Shown piece by piece: positions 22,001 to 37,000 of a stretch of 64,000 nt of DNA. Numbering within the stretch: position 1 is the stretch's first letter; each line of letters opens with the position of its first letter. Both the position numbers and the translations under genes were made by a program. The DNA is taken from assembly GCA_965178125.1 (NCBI GenBank), contig OZ237751.1:372001-436000 (forward strand), read 5' to 3'. This stretch comes from Bilabrum cf. latius (Eukaryota). The notes under the pieces were generated by a model. That model saw nothing but the letters and a program-made list of their open reading frames with translations, had not been told where the DNA came from and searched no databases.

Positions 22001-25000
22001 GAACACCAGGGGCCGTTCTGGTGCCGCCTCTAAAGTTGTATCAGTAAATGACAGCAGCGACATGTCGGTCCTTGTTGTTTGTCTGCTTGCTATTCCAGCC
22101 AATTGCAGGTCGACTCCAGACCCGTACGGAACCGTGAGACTGAGCTCAGCTGCCACCGGGATCCACATGGCGCACACTGCACTCCTTGTTTGCAAGTCAC
22201 AGTAAATATCGCTCGTCTCGTTCAGGTTTGTGCTGTTGAGGTGCAGGCTGGCACAGTCTGCATCAAACACGGGCTGTCCATTCAAATCTCCTGGAGCTCT
22301 CGGCTTCGACTTCCTCCATAACCCCTCGCGGCCAGCTAGGGTGGTGTCCGTCCTGGGTACTTCCACAAGTTCATCCGCGAGTATCTGCGTCGTCCTACAA
22401 GATTCATTGCCAATTTGCACTTCATATCGGGCACCATCCCACGTAGGATCTGGGTCTGCTTCGCCCACAAGCCGAAACCTCCGTTCATTTCTGCTGTACT
22501 ACATTTCAGCATCGAAAAAGCTCTTTTGGCTGGCGATCACGACGCAAGCGCCTAACAGTGCCAAGTAAGCGTCATTGCTTCCACTTTTGTGAGACTCGGC
22601 CATGACATTTTTGTACTGATTGTTGGATGAAGGGAAATCCCGTGAGGTGGGGTGTGGCTGGGGCACTAGAGCCTCCATGTACGAGCAGGTCGTATCTAGT
22701 AAGACGTAGTCGAAATCATTTTGCATCTGTCTTCGCCTGTCAGCGGGAGGTTTCGCCGAATTCGAGGGCGAGGGTGTCCCTGTAGATGACGGTGTCGGAC
22801 TTGCTGTGGTAGTGCTTGTAGTTGAAGGAGTTGGCGTTGGCGTTGTTGTTGCAGACGGGGAGGGGGACGGCCGGATGGCGCGGTACCGGCAATCCACCTG
22901 AATCCTGTCAACTTTCGCCGGTACAAACTTTGTGCCGAGGTCGAACTGGTCTCGTTGTCCAGCATACAGAGCAGCTCGAGCCTCGCACGCTCGACAAGGC
23001 ACGTGCCGCACGACGCGCTAAAACACAACCTTGATTCTTTGGCTCGTTCCGTCATTTTCTGCGAGTCTGAAACCAAGACTATCAGCACCGATAGCACTTG
23101 CAGCTGGAGCAAGACTTGACTGATCTCGGCTTGCTACCAAGGCCTCCGCGGGCTCCAGGAACTGCCCCAGATGCGACGCGGCTTTGCTGTCCCTCGAGAC
23201 CGCAGGAACTTCTGGCGGCGTCTCAAAGTATCTAGCAGTTTGGGCGCCATTGATGACCTTGGTGCCATCCCATGCCGCCGTAGCAACTGCGAGGCCCATC
23301 GAAACTCCCCTCGAAATCGACGCCAATGGGACATATATCTCTGCAGTGCTTCCAAGTGCTGGGCCAACTCCAGCTCGAGACTGAAGGGTGCGACCAATCG
23401 CAACAGACTCCGCATCGAACAGAGTGCCTGAGCTGTTGAGGTTTCCAGCCCTGATGGCGAATCTCTCGGATGGAATCGTATCGGGTAGCATGGGCCACAT
23501 GGCGGACGAATTCAGCACAGAGGGCACAAATTTTCCTCGCTCGGCAACCATTTGAACCAAATCCGCCATCCCGAGTCCAAGCAGCGCCAGCGCTCCGGAG
23601 CCGGATAGCTGCATGGAACTGCCGCCCTCGTATGGCATGGAAACGCCTTGCTGCTCCAGCCGTCCCAGTGCGAACGGCTCGACGGCGAGCTTGGTTGAAC
23701 CAGCAGGCACGTGCATTCTCCACGAATTGCTCTAGGCTAGGAGGAGCCCCACGGCTGCAATTGGGTCTCCGGTGGCTGATGCTGATCCTTGGTCGCGATC
23801 AGCGCGGATTTCGCGCTCCGTGTTCGGCAGCAATGGTCGGAGACTGGCTCGCCTTCCTGACTGCGTGCTTGCAAGCAACGGAGGTGTTCGTAGCAGTATT
23901 GGAGCAGGGTGCACTGGCTCTTTGCTGCCATCATACCCGGATACAAAGACAGGCGCCGGCGGGCTACCCGTGCTGTTGTCTAGCGCAACGATTCGGCTGT
24001 AGTCGCGCTATCTCCACTGGACTCCTTGGCCCGGAGTAGAGCACAACTCGCCCCCTAAATACGCTTGCAGTTGCCCGAGTGAAGCCATAGCCCACTCGCT
24101 ACCAGCTGAAGCTGCTGACTGGATCAATAGCTCACCTGATTCGTTGCGGGCCCCGTGGAGGCCCGTTGTAGAGGATTGCAAGTCTTCCCATGGGTAAGAG
24201 TCGTAGCTTTCACTTTGATCGCCACGGATCGATACATTCCAACTAATGCTCGACGCAAGCAATGAGGCAGCTCCTGATGGTAGGCCTCCAGCGGCCCACA
24301 TCGCTCGTTGCGCTTGGCTGCATCCCTGAGTGGTTCGCAGGCGCTGACCGTCATTCGATGTACCGTTGAACCACCTGTGCGCTTCGGAAATCAAACAACT
24401 CAGCTCAACTACTGTGTCATTGGGAATAAATGCAGGACCAGCTGCAGCGGCTGAAATTGACAACCCAACGCCGTCTAGCCTGATGTCGTCGGCTCCAGCC
24501 GCAGACAACCGAGCGCGACCGGACCAAGTGGAGCCCAATGCAGTTGATTGCACTGCATCAGTGGATGGATCGGTGTCGACATCACTCGCGTTTGCATGGA
24601 GCTCGGTTAGGTACCCAGGCGCACCTCCTAGTGCGACGGAGCTGCCACGAATTGCAGGCCCCAGTATCTCTCTCGTTGCAACGGGGGCCCATTCCGCCCC
24701 TTCTGTCCTTCCGAATCTGAGTGGACCTTGCATGAACGGGGTCCGTGCCACCTGCACACGGTGTATCGTCGTTGCGTTTGGTGCAGCCTCCGACCAGGTC
24801 GTATCAAACTGCACTTGGCCGTTTCGTAGCGATGCCAAGGCTCTCACGGCTGCAGTCACATTGGGGCTGTACCAAGACTCGTCTCTTGAGCCGGACGCTA
24901 GGCCATGATCCATGCAACCAATTAGCAGGGGAAGAGTGTCATTGGCATCCAGAGGGAGTTGTTTGCACGCCATTGACGACCCAGAGTCAAGCACAGCGAC

Positions 25001-28000
25001 AGCTTCTTCAGGCTGCAACATTTCCACCCGAACTTGCACAGGGCGACCGATTGGCACGGCATCATGCTTCACGTAGACAGCACGAAGACACGCTAAAGGA
25101 TGACTAATTGCCTCAATACGGAGGGCCTAGGTGCTGTTGTCTGTGCAAGACTAAACGGCTATCGGTTCCACAGGCACATCACCCACGGTGACCACCAGCA
25201 CGAGCCCTGGTGTAGTCGTAGCATACGTTGAGTGAGTTGGCTGCGCGTGATTGCCGGGCCGAGAGGTCCACCACGGTGGCAGAGCCGCACCAGAGGAATG
25301 AAATCGCCCGGCGTCCTGTGTACTGACGAGTTCAATCCAACTTGAAGCAGGCACTACCCCAGGCTATAAAGGCGCCGCCTGCATCGGGATAAAGTGTGCG
25401 GCTTGCCCACCTGCGAATTCCTGAAGCTCAACACGTAGCAGGGGCGTGTGAAGATACTCCATTTCTTCCAAATACCGCATTCGATCAAATGGGAGAACAG
25501 GTGCATTTTGCAACCCCTCAGAGTGCTGGAATTGCCGTTGCTCTAAGCTGTACAACAACTCCCCGCTACCCTTGCTCGTTGCAGTCGCGCCAATGCTGCC
25601 AGTGCGACGGGTCCAGCCGCTAACAGAAACTACATCTCCTGCCTAGCTGCACTACAGGGCGTGTTTCAATGCTGCAGGCCAAGGTATGTTTGTGGTCTCC
25701 ATGCCTTCAATCCGACCCAAGGCAGCAAAGGTCTCGCCAGCCCAAGCGATCTCGCTCAATGTGCTCTCACCGACAGGAGCGCCAATTCGACGCGTAGCAA
25801 TCACGTCCACCGCGACCACTCCGTCCCGCACATGCTCCTCGACCAGCGAAATCAGCGGCGGAGACACGAGCCCTCCATCGCACTACACCTCGAGCGCAAT
25901 CGTACCGCTGGGTTGATGGACACCTTCAAGCACGAGAGCTTGCAGCACTATGGCGTGCCTGCAATCTAGCCCAAATACACTGGCACGTAGCACCTCAAAG
26001 CTGTCGACAGCAATATCGACACGATTTCTTGCTTCTGAAGTGGCATTCATCCGTCTGGGGTAAAGCAAAACTGAAATATTAAACGTCAAGGCTGACGCAC
26101 TGCAGTCGTCATCCTACTGTTCATCAATTCTGTCGTATTGGATTGCAGCCGTGTGCTGTGGCTCGTAGGCGGGCAGCATTGGCACTTCAGTCGTGGATAT
26201 GATGGGGGCTAATCGACTGCCAGCAGAACCGTTCGTTGATAGTTCTCTGTTTAATAGCATCGGAATTCCGTACGGCAAATGGTCCAGCGTGTATGATGGG
26301 CCAATGCTTACGTGGAATTGTGGGGCGGCAATCGCTGCAATACCGACCGAACCATTTGGACCACGGGTGCTATGGATGGAGCCCAGCACGTACCGCCCTG
26401 GCAGTGGCTCCGAGCTACTGTGGTTGTGAGCATCCCGTGTCGCAACTGCTGCTTTCTCCATAGATTTGGCTAGACCACGCAACGGGCCGTGGTATGTCAC
26501 TGCCGAACCAATTGTCTAAGGTGATTGCGTTTGTGGACCTAGCCTGATCAAATGGACAACCCCACTGAATGCCGATGCAGCAAGTGGGCGCTCGGCTTCA
26601 TTCCTTGATCTATCGCGTGGAAGCACCACCTGACTGCTTGCAGCCACTGCAAAAGTAACGGTTCCGTCGTTCTGCAATGATGCCCCCGGAACAGTTGAGA
26701 TGGATGACCCGAAGGATGAGTCCACCGAAGCGCTTTCCATGCACTGGCTCTCAAATGCCTGCACAACGACAGTTGGGGTACTACATGCCTGTACCCCCTA
26801 CGGCAGCGCAGCGATAGGGTCAATAAAGACCTGATCATGCCTGACGGACGCTCGTAGCGGTGGAATCTCTCCGGTGGCGCACGGCGTCAGGGTACCATCG
26901 GGCCCTATGGGACTAGAGTCAACTGGCAGCCGTGGCCGTGGATCCACAACCATGCCCAGGCTGGGCAAGTGCGTGCTGCCTGTAAAGGATGTATCAAGAC
27001 GGACCTCTATCTGCTCCCCCGGGCAATGTAGAGATTCTCTGCCCTCGTGGACATGGGTGTGCTTGAGCCCGTGAAATGCTGCAGGGGCGCTCGTGCCCCT
27101 ACCCAGCGTCTCGGGCATAAGCAACCCCATATCTGCAGCAGACAAGCAGAAAGATGGAGTGTATGCGCAGTGAGGCTGTGGCCCAATACCAACGATCCGC
27201 CATGCCAGCACCTCAGGGATCCGGTCCAGCAGGGTGCCAGGCTGCGAGCGCGAGTACATCATGGCGGGGTCTTGCCCACGTATACCAGCGGATGGCGACA
27301 GCCACAAAAGCACGACAGCTCCCTCTTTTTGGATGCCTGCACCGGGAGCACCGGCCGCGATTACCGTGAAAGACCGCCGCTGCCGAAGGACCATTGAGCT
27401 TGCATGCCTCCTCTGCATTGCTGAGTGAGAGCTCAACACATCCCTAGTTCCAGCAGAAACCCCAAATCTACTACTTTCAGCCCGCTCGTTCTGCGAAGAA
27501 ATCGAAGTAGCGACGTCCGATTCCACGGGGAGTGCCAACTATCCCAGAGTAGCAATGGACGCGCCAAGAAGTGAGCCTGGCCGCAACACATCTTGAATGG
27601 GCACCGAAATTCCACTTTGCAACGTCATCGAGTCCAAATCTGCGGCCATACCGCCACTCTGGCTTGATAAGCTTGCCCCAAGACCAGGTGCTGCCAGCAG
27701 AACTGGATTGGACATCGTAACAAGTAGTCTCTCTTGCAGATCTTGCTTTCGCAGCAGATTTGGCCCCTCCTTCGGCGCATGTTCAATTGCGTCACGATCG
27801 TCGATTCGGACAGTCTCGCCCGCAGAATTCAGAGCAACTGGCCTGTCTAGTAGATCCACAACAAAATCCACAACGCACAAGGCTCCCTTCCGACCCGTCC
27901 CCGCCCAGGCCCTGGGAGCCCCAACGATCAATCTATCGGCGTGAATACGAACGGGTGGCGGACGGACAAGTGTCACGAGATGGCCGTCGACGATCCTTGC

Positions 28001-31000
28001 CTGCTTTGAGTGGGAGGACTGATTCTTGCTGAACGCATGAGCGCCAGAGTCCAGCGGTCGGCTGAATGTCCCGGCAAGATGATGAGGCAGCCTCGCAAAT
28101 GAGGCACCAAACAGGTCACCAGAGCCCCACGCAACGTGAGTTCGAGCGATGCCTTTCCCGAGGGCCTCGTGAGTTGCGCTCCCAAGCTCTCGGGGCTCAT
28201 GCTGCACTTGCACTGGTAACCGTAGGATGGCGCCATTGGGAAGCACTGGAAGCCCATTTGGAGCGACAAAAGCCTCCAAGGCGCTGGCATGCTTGACTTG
28301 GGTTGCCAACTGTCGCGAGTGGGTTGCATTCTGTGCCGATGCATTATGCTAGGTAGCAGACTCGGCAGAGATGCTCGGCACCGCAGTTATCCTCAAACAC
28401 CCGGCCGTTCTAGCACCTGCCATGTCCCACTGCTCCCTGGCAAGCCCAAACCTCTCTCGCATAGTGTGACCAAGGGCAAAGTAGTTCCCCTCATGCCTCG
28501 AGGGAAACGCGGTGTCTCTTGGCATACAGCCGACGCCCAGTGGGGCGCGCTCCACTCGGACCGTCCAGTCGCCCATGGGAGGTGTCATACTCGGTGATAA
28601 ACCGGCTGGAAGATTCTAGTCAGGCACTGGTGCTGAGAAATGACTAATTTCGTCGCCTGGGACCATTGAAGGCCGCCCGCCTGACTGAGGCTCGACCTCA
28701 TTGAATTGACTTAGAGTGGCCACTGGCGTGTAGCTGGAGTTTGCGCCGACCCAACTTTCATCGTGCCGTGGACCCCACTTGACATTTTGCACTACTCCTC
28801 TCAAGCAGGCGTCAGACGGCATCGACGATTCCATTGTCGAGTTGATATTGCCGTGTTCACGGTAGAGATACGCAGCGGCCCCGCGGATTATCACCGGGTT
28901 GGCCACGAACCGCAACCGTGCAGTAAGGCTGCCGGAGATCCGATCCATCGCGCCTCGATCGCACGCATACTCTGCTGCAAACAGTCTCGCGAAGTCTTGC
29001 ACTGAGCTCCAATTGGCCCATCCAAAGTGGTGCGGATTCCAACGCTCTTCTTCAGCCAATACAATGGCACCAGCTGAGTTCTGCAGTACGCAGCCATCAA
29101 AGTCTGGTGGCTCTGGCACGGTCGATAGCTGCCCTGCAGTCCTAAACAGTACTTTGACTGCACTCACTGAATCATATCTGCTTGTATCACGGGAAGCAGA
29201 AAGGGCAAGATGACCGTCAGCGTAAACGTAGATGTCGGCCAAAGTGGGATCTCGTTGCGTGGAAACACTAGAATGAGTTTGCAGCTGTACGGTGTTGGCA
29301 GGAATCGGCTGAGGGCACCGATACTCCTGTCGCTGCGGACCTTCCAGGTTTGCGAACAGAGAATAGCACGTCACGCTGTATTGCCTCTTAGGGTAGAACT
29401 GGCGCCGACTGGTCCTCTGCTCAGTAGTCCCCCTATTCTCCCAGGATGTCTTGACCTTGATGCCGCCGTACTGCGAAGCCGTCGCAAAATCGACCTCGAC
29501 CTTGCGGATCACGAAACGGGTACCCTCTGGCGTGTAGAACTCGTAGTCGTGCTAACTCGTCGTTGAACCCCTGCTCGTCGTCGTGCCGCGGTTGCCGTCC
29601 AGCAAGTTTGAGTCTATGGGCCACGATGCGCTCTCCTGCAGCAGGCCGGTGATGTTCTTATACCGTGGCACCAGGCCATCAGATCCAGCAGGAGGCTCCA
29701 ACGGCACCCACTCCCCGGTGCAGGCGCTCAAGTGTCCAACCTGGAAACTATGAGGACTCAAAAGCCCGCTTCTGTTGCTTTCGCACGCTGCAATGGCAGC
29801 CAGACCTACGCTTGCCGAGAACGTGCCGTCACCCATTGTCTTCACAGCTGTCAGCCGTGGCCCCAACGCACCAGCCAAACCAGCCGCGCCACCTCCGGAC
29901 CTTCCCATGCGAGAAGCAGACAGCGTGGAGCCAGGTGACAATACCACCGAGTAGCCGATGTTGGTTGCACTTCTGTTGGAGGATTCCATAGATGCACCAG
30001 TGGCATCGACCGGTCTGATATGTCCACTCGCAGGCATCACTGCTGATGTCGCCTTGCCTTCGTACGAGGCAAGCCTCGCTGGTTTTATCCATCCAGCTGA
30101 GACGGACACAACAGACGAAGATACAGCTGGGTCCACGAATCGCACGATCACCTCTGCACTTGAGCCTGCGTGCACCACAGGTACCCCTATGCAGAAAACG
30201 TCTACGCGGTGGTAGTTCACGTCCGTTTCTTTGAGGATCCATGAAGATGCATCGCAGCGTTTGGATCCGACAAAAACTCCCAAAAGCGACCCACCTAAGA
30301 CTCGGACCGGCATCGCGGCACATCCCGCTGACGAGGTCAAGTTCAAGCGAGTCATGGCTTCGCACTGCGAGCTGGTTGTTCTGACGCCCACAGCAGATTC
30401 TGCACCGAACGGAATGGTATATGCAACCTCCGACGGAACAGCTAGAGCCAGCGTCAATACTCCACCTTGCATGAACGGAAAGGGGGAACTTTCTCTAGAG
30501 GCAGTAGTGCAGGCGTAATCTCCTGCATTGGACCTGCTGAAGCTGGCGAGGTCTGAAGTCTGCACGATGCACCCGAAACCTGATAGATCTACTAGACCGG
30601 CTGATGCATGCGTTCGAGACAGATGCCCAGAAGACTCGGTAGTAGTTGATATGACAGGGTGCATGATTAGCTTATCAAATAGATGCGATCCATACGCTGG
30701 GGCACTCATCAGCACGAAGTCGCTGTGACCGCCCCTGACGGATGCCACGCCAACGGCCTTCTTCTGGCACAGGAAGTCGTTTGCTGGGCTGCTTTCCTCG
30801 ACCGGAACACGGCGGATCTGAACGGGAAATTCATTTCGTGTCGAGCTGTCGTCCTGCCAAGATCGAATGGCAGAAATGTTAACGTATAGTGCAAGACCAG
30901 GATTCTCGAGTCGGTGCTCCCCTCTACTGGCCTCGTCCTGCTTGACAACTACAGGACTCCGCTCGCAGATTACTTTGCCAGGACTGCTACCTTGCCCAAT

Positions 31001-34000
31001 CAATGACACGAGCTGCTCGGTTTTGGACCACACGGAGTACTTCCATTCGCCCAGCTGGACCGCAGACTGCTTTTGCTAAGCAACCCAACTGCTGGTCATT
31101 GATTCATTCCAATGGCGCATCAGTGCACCTCTTGCGCTGGATCCAGTGCCATCCAGCTCAAATCTACCCGTAGACGCGCGCACCGATCCAGATACCACAT
31201 ATCGCGGCTCTGCCAGCTGGCTATTGGAATTCATCCCCGTGACTCCGTCTGCGCCGAGCTACAGCACCAATGAAGCTGGGTGCAGCTGCTTGCAGACGTC
31301 GGCGGGGTCAACTCCAGGGACCATGTCTGCTACTTTCAGACACCTAGTTTCAGCACCGCTGTAGCTCGCAGACCATTCTGTTGGACATATAGTCTCCTGA
31401 TGGTCAGCAATGGGATCCAACATTCCGTTCAGGACAAAATCTCCACCAGAAGATGCAGTTGACGCGCCAGACGACAGACCACGAGGAGCACCAGGGATCA
31501 AGTTGGAGCTGCCGGGCTTGCCCATCACTTTGTCCACCAGCACGAGCTTCACAAAGTTGTCTTCACTAGAGCGATTGCTAAATTGACGCGAGACAAACCG
31601 CGCGACCTCCAAAGCCTATGCTCTCGAATCCACTGTAACAAGGACTCCACCAGCTCTGCGGCACTGCCGCTCGGCAACCGACCAGCTGAATCTGACCTTA
31701 CCGGCACCAAGTGCCTCATCACCGATGTTTGAACCCATTATCTCGGTACCAAACGCTAAGCACCGCTTGTCTCCGCTCGTCGTATCCGCCAGCATCCACG
31801 GGCTCTCACAGTGTGCTATGCTGGAGGCAGCATATGAAGGGAGAGCTGGTGACGGGAGACGAACAGTGGCCATGCTCGTCGAAATCGGCTAGAGGCTGTC
31901 GCGAGCACAGACCAGGCCATTAAGATTGACGTCGGTGTGGTCAACAAGAACGGTTTCACCTTGAATCTTCAGGGAGTACAGCTCTGTCGTGGTGCTCTAC
32001 TTTGCAGCCTCATCCAAGCTCGGGGCCGGTGCCCACTCCTAGGAGAGGACCGAGCCGTCCTGGCCGATGAATGGTGCGTCAGGTGAAAATGCAACGCCGA
32101 CCATCGTGCGACTGTACTGACTGCCATGACTCATATCTTCTGCAGAGCGTGGAAACCACATGCGAGCCCCGAATGCCCGGCACTGCCGGTAGTCGCTCGG
32201 CCTCACCTTTGAGGATCTATATCGTTCAACCTCTCTGGTGCACTCACCAGGCGTCCCACTTGACTCGGCCCAGTCAGGCCCACATACGTCTTGGTACAGA
32301 TGCGTGAGTCTGTGAGCCTGCAGCCCACTACCCTGCTTGACGGGGTCAGCATCACCGGCGACATCCCCAAGTAGTTCAATAGATTCGACCTAAATCAAAG
32401 AAGTGCCACGAGGTCCATCAATGAAAGCCGACAGCTCGATTGAAGATCCCCTGGCACCTCCGCATTGGAAGACAGCTGTCATTGACTCGCGCCGCATGCT
32501 CCCGTACGAGGCGGGGTAAGGCTTGCAAGGGCGCCGTTGCCTCGCATCACCGCCTCCGAGAACCGCAAGTCTCACTAGCTTTCCTAGGTCCGAATAGAGG
32601 GAACCATTCACGGACACGGCTACATCAAACACGTTGCGAATCGTCAGCACTCCTGAATAGCCGTCCGAAGTTAGCCCAAGACTGTACTTGCGGCCGTCAG
32701 GATGCAATTTCAATCCACCTGCAGCCAGCTTGAAGTATCCTCTTGACACGACTGAGGGCTGCTCGAAGGCTTCCACCTCCGTGATACGCAGTTTCCTGTC
32801 GGTACCTCCCAGCGGCATCACGAGCACCACCTCATCTCCTAGAGCACCGCCACAAAATACAGATGTAGGTTCCATCTGCCACACTGTCGCCGAACGGCGT
32901 GTTCTCTCGGCTAGAAGCTGACTCTCTTCACCGACTATGGACGTGCGCCACGAGTCGACATGGGCTGCAGTCTCCGATGCGAGGTCCTCCTTGCTGGCAG
33001 GGAGGGCTCCACAAACTCGTACGACTCGACCATTGCGCCTTACTTCGATTGTAACGTCATACCTGGAATCGGTGGGTGCGTCACCGACCCTCTCAAAATA
33101 GCGCACCAAGCCCACGGGTGACAGAGGCGCGGCCAACCTTAGTCGAAGCTGCTGGTACCGTGCGCTGTTAAACTACCCCACCCACTCGCCAACGTGGATG
33201 TCACGGTCTCCCATTATCAGGTAGGCAAGGTCAGCTGAATTTGTCAGTCCCGTTCCAGGCGACACAGTCTACCAGAAACTGGATTGCACGTCAAGCTCGG
33301 CAAACAGCCCGGGGAATTTTGGCTCAGATCCAGCCATTGCTTCGACTCCCTCGTCATTCCTGCTCAGCGATGCCTCAGTCTGTGCTGATACCCGCATCAT
33401 CTTGCCCCTGCACACGTCAATCTCGACGTCAAAGTGCCCACCGCCACCAGAGAGCTTGCTGGTCGTTGCTCGCAAGAGAACCCGGACGATGCAATCATTT
33501 GTTCCGCGGGCGCTCATCTTGGGCTCGATGCCAGGGGGCAGTGCAACTCCTCCGGTCAGCTGCACCGTCGGGTGCCCCCATGCTTTCCTCATCGAGCGCC
33601 CCGCCTTTGCCGCCTCAACCCAGAATGGTTTACCAGACTGCAAAGGTGGATCGCGTAAGTCTGCCCAGTAAAGTGCTGTAGCAACAGGGTCAACACTCGC
33701 GTTTGATGTGCCAGTGACTGCACGGACACCGGCCTCTGCATCAATGTCAACACTGAAGAGCATGAGCTCACCCCTGGCGGCATGTTCGCTACGCATCGAA
33801 CCTTCCACTCCGACTGCTACTATGGCTGCGGTTGTCGCGCCGAGAAGTCGCACTGCCGTGGTGTCAGCACCAAACACCGACTCCGAGTCAGACTCTGGTA
33901 TTGCTTGGCCTTCAGGATCCACCTTGGATAAGGTCGTCATGCCAACGACACGCAAGGTTTCAACAGCTTCTTGGGTACTAGCGAAGTGAATGACTGCTGG

Positions 34001-37000
34001 ACCAAAGTTACCGGTATGGCGTAGTGGAACAGCTGCCGCGCATGCAATGCCACCACCGGTGTGGTTCTGGCCTCGACGGCATCCCAGCCACGATAATCCA
34101 GGTAAGATCTACAGCCACGAAGGGCGGCACACGACACTGACGGCGAACTGCTTAACCACACCGATACATGGGTCGGAGACGGTTGTTGCTCCTGGTACCA
34201 ACTCGCACTGGGATGTTGGACATTTTTGCTGCACAGTACACTCCTGCTTACCTACGCATGCTGTTTCCACAATTGAGCGCACGCCAGGCGCATCGCAGCT
34301 GGGGTTTGGGTTGAATTGACCGCTTGCGCAGGAACCGGTAGCGGTGCCGAAGTACGCGAACGATACCGACTAGATAGTCTCGCCCACAGGACATCTCAGT
34401 TTATCTGATTCATTCTCTTCAAGACTCAAGCAAAGTGTTGTAGATACATTGACGTGCCTCGAGAGATCCGTGATTCCAACAGGGTATTGTCGCACGCTAG
34501 AAACTGCATCTCCACTTGTGCGGATCCAAGTGATAAGTACATTGCTGTTGTACTTTGACACCACTCCATACATACGCTACCCAGTGACGTGGAATACGCC
34601 TAACCCGAATGAAACCTGCGAGTCCATTGCGTGTGGCAGCCCTTGCTGCACCAGGGCACCGTGCAGCGCTCGGTTCGCTTCGCTGGATGACAGCGCTGTG
34701 GTGGCTATCGGTTGCTCATGCCCGGTTGCGATGTGGTGCAAAACAAGTTCGCCTGTATGCAGTGACATCTCGCTTGCCGGCCAGGCGTAGCTCAACACGA
34801 CCTCCCGAGAGGCTGGATACCCGAGCCTGGCCGGGATCTCTGGGCCTACCGCAAGCCCGGAGGAATATCGTGCATTGGAAGGGCTTCCGACAGGGACTAC
34901 CGAGACCGATACGCTCGACTCAGGCACGTGTGCGTTCATTGCGTTTGTTACCCTGTATCGGTCAAGAGTCACAGTAGAAGATACCTCCTTCCGGGTTTCA
35001 ATGGGAGCTGCGGGAATCATACATGCCACTGGGTGTCTGCTACATGATTTCAGCAGCCGACCGTCCATCTGGATTGGTGCAACGAGAGTATCGTTGACTA
35101 TGCCAGTACAGAAAGAATCAAGACCCAGAGGCTGCGTGACAGCACCTGCCATGTCGATAGCTGCCCATGCAGTGTGTGCGATGCCCTGGTCACGGTGTAC
35201 GCAAGGTCCGGAGTACGCGCCAGCACTTTCAGAGGTCGCAGTTTGCACTTGTCGGAGTCTGCCGAATTGCAATGCACTCACTAGCACTGCGCCCGGCAAC
35301 GTCTCCTCGCACACGGCAGAGGCACGTTCTGCACTCTCCGCGAGTTGATGTCCAGGAAAGATGCATGTGGATTCCTCAGCGGCTCTTCTTGCTGGTACAA
35401 GCACTGCTCCGGGTGGGCAAGAGGAACCTGACCGACCTGGAGAGGTGGATACAGTATGCTCGACCTCTTCATTGAGATCAGATAAGGTCTCTCCTCGCGC
35501 CTTGTGACAAATCAAGGTCGTCAGTTTGGACGCGCAATCTGCTGAAGCCAAAGCTCCGAAACGAGACACAGTCCTGCAGTCTCCAGCAAGCTTGGTTGAA
35601 CTCGAGTTCATCATCCCGTTCACCCAGGCCATGTCCCAATCTGGGTCTGTGTGATTCAACAAATGGTTGCGGTCAACGTCTTGAAATGCAAGCCCCACGC
35701 CGTGGGTCCCGGCACACTCCACGTATGCCTATTCGTGACTCATTGGTTCATTCATCGTGCGCAGAACACTCAACGGTTCAGTTACCTCGAGGTGGGTCTT
35801 GGCATCCTAGCCTGCAACGGCTACAGATACAACAAAGCGCTCGCTGCCAGATCGGCTCGATGACGCAGGAATAGATAAATGAATGCTAGATTGCTCTGGT
35901 GTCTACACGCTGCCGAGCATGTCCTATGGGGGGAGGCGTGCTGCAGAAGCCGCAGCAACCACAGCATCAATCGAGGCAACCGCGATGCGTCCACCGCCCC
36001 CCTCTTCATTGCTTTCTTTTGAAAGAATCACACCGGCCAGCGCGCTCCAGTCCGGAACGGCAGATCCATCGGAAATACTGAGGCCGAGTTGTGCTGCCGT
36101 CCACTCGCAAGCTGCAAGAGAGTTGGATTCATGTAGTCTGCCGCCGTTCGCCAGCGGCTTGCACTCGTCGAAGGATTCTCGCGAGATTAAGGACAGCCGC
36201 ACGTATTGGAATACCTACAGTTCAGCATCGGTCACCTGCACTGTTGCCGATTTCTGCTTCTGCGGCGTGGACACTGGTCCTCTATTGGCTGATTCCCGCA
36301 TCAGCCCTCGCAAATTAATCTCCACTGCATCCATGTGTCGACTGAAAACAATCAGCGAGTCTCTATGCACAATGAGTTGGGGCTGTAGGTGTGGAAACGA
36401 GCTTACGTTCAGATTGTTGGAAATTTCCTCGCTGTGCATTCTAGCGAGCAGCACCGGCTGCTCTAGCCTGCCTTCCTCTTTGCTGATGCACGCAACAGTC
36501 AGCTCGGGACCCAAGTAGGTATCTTGCGCCCAGCCGATGGATGCCAGAGCCACCTTGCACCAGTGCCCATCTACGGTTTGCTGCGGGTGAATTATTTCTA
36601 CCTGCATACCAAGCTTTTGCGGCTGGGACAGCAGCGCAGCACCACCGGATGCCGCCGTCATCCGGATAGCGCTTGTGACGATCGGGCGAAAGACGCCGTC
36701 ATGGTTCTTTCGCATCCGGTCCTGAAGCTTCATGACGTAGATGGATCCTGAAGATTGCGTCACGGACAACGAGTGCTCGTCGGGAGCAGCCACAACCAAG
36801 GTGCGTACCTCACTGCCAAACGTACAGCTAGAATGCCCCGGCCGGAGGCATTCAGCATGGTCTACGTGAGATGCTAGCGCAGCTCCAAAGCCTCCGCGCT
36901 AGTCTAGAACATGGTCCCAGTCGGTGTTGAAATGGTTCGTAGCATCCATTACTTCCAGAGCGGGTAGCAGAGATCGGAGTGTGATCAGACCGACGGTTTC

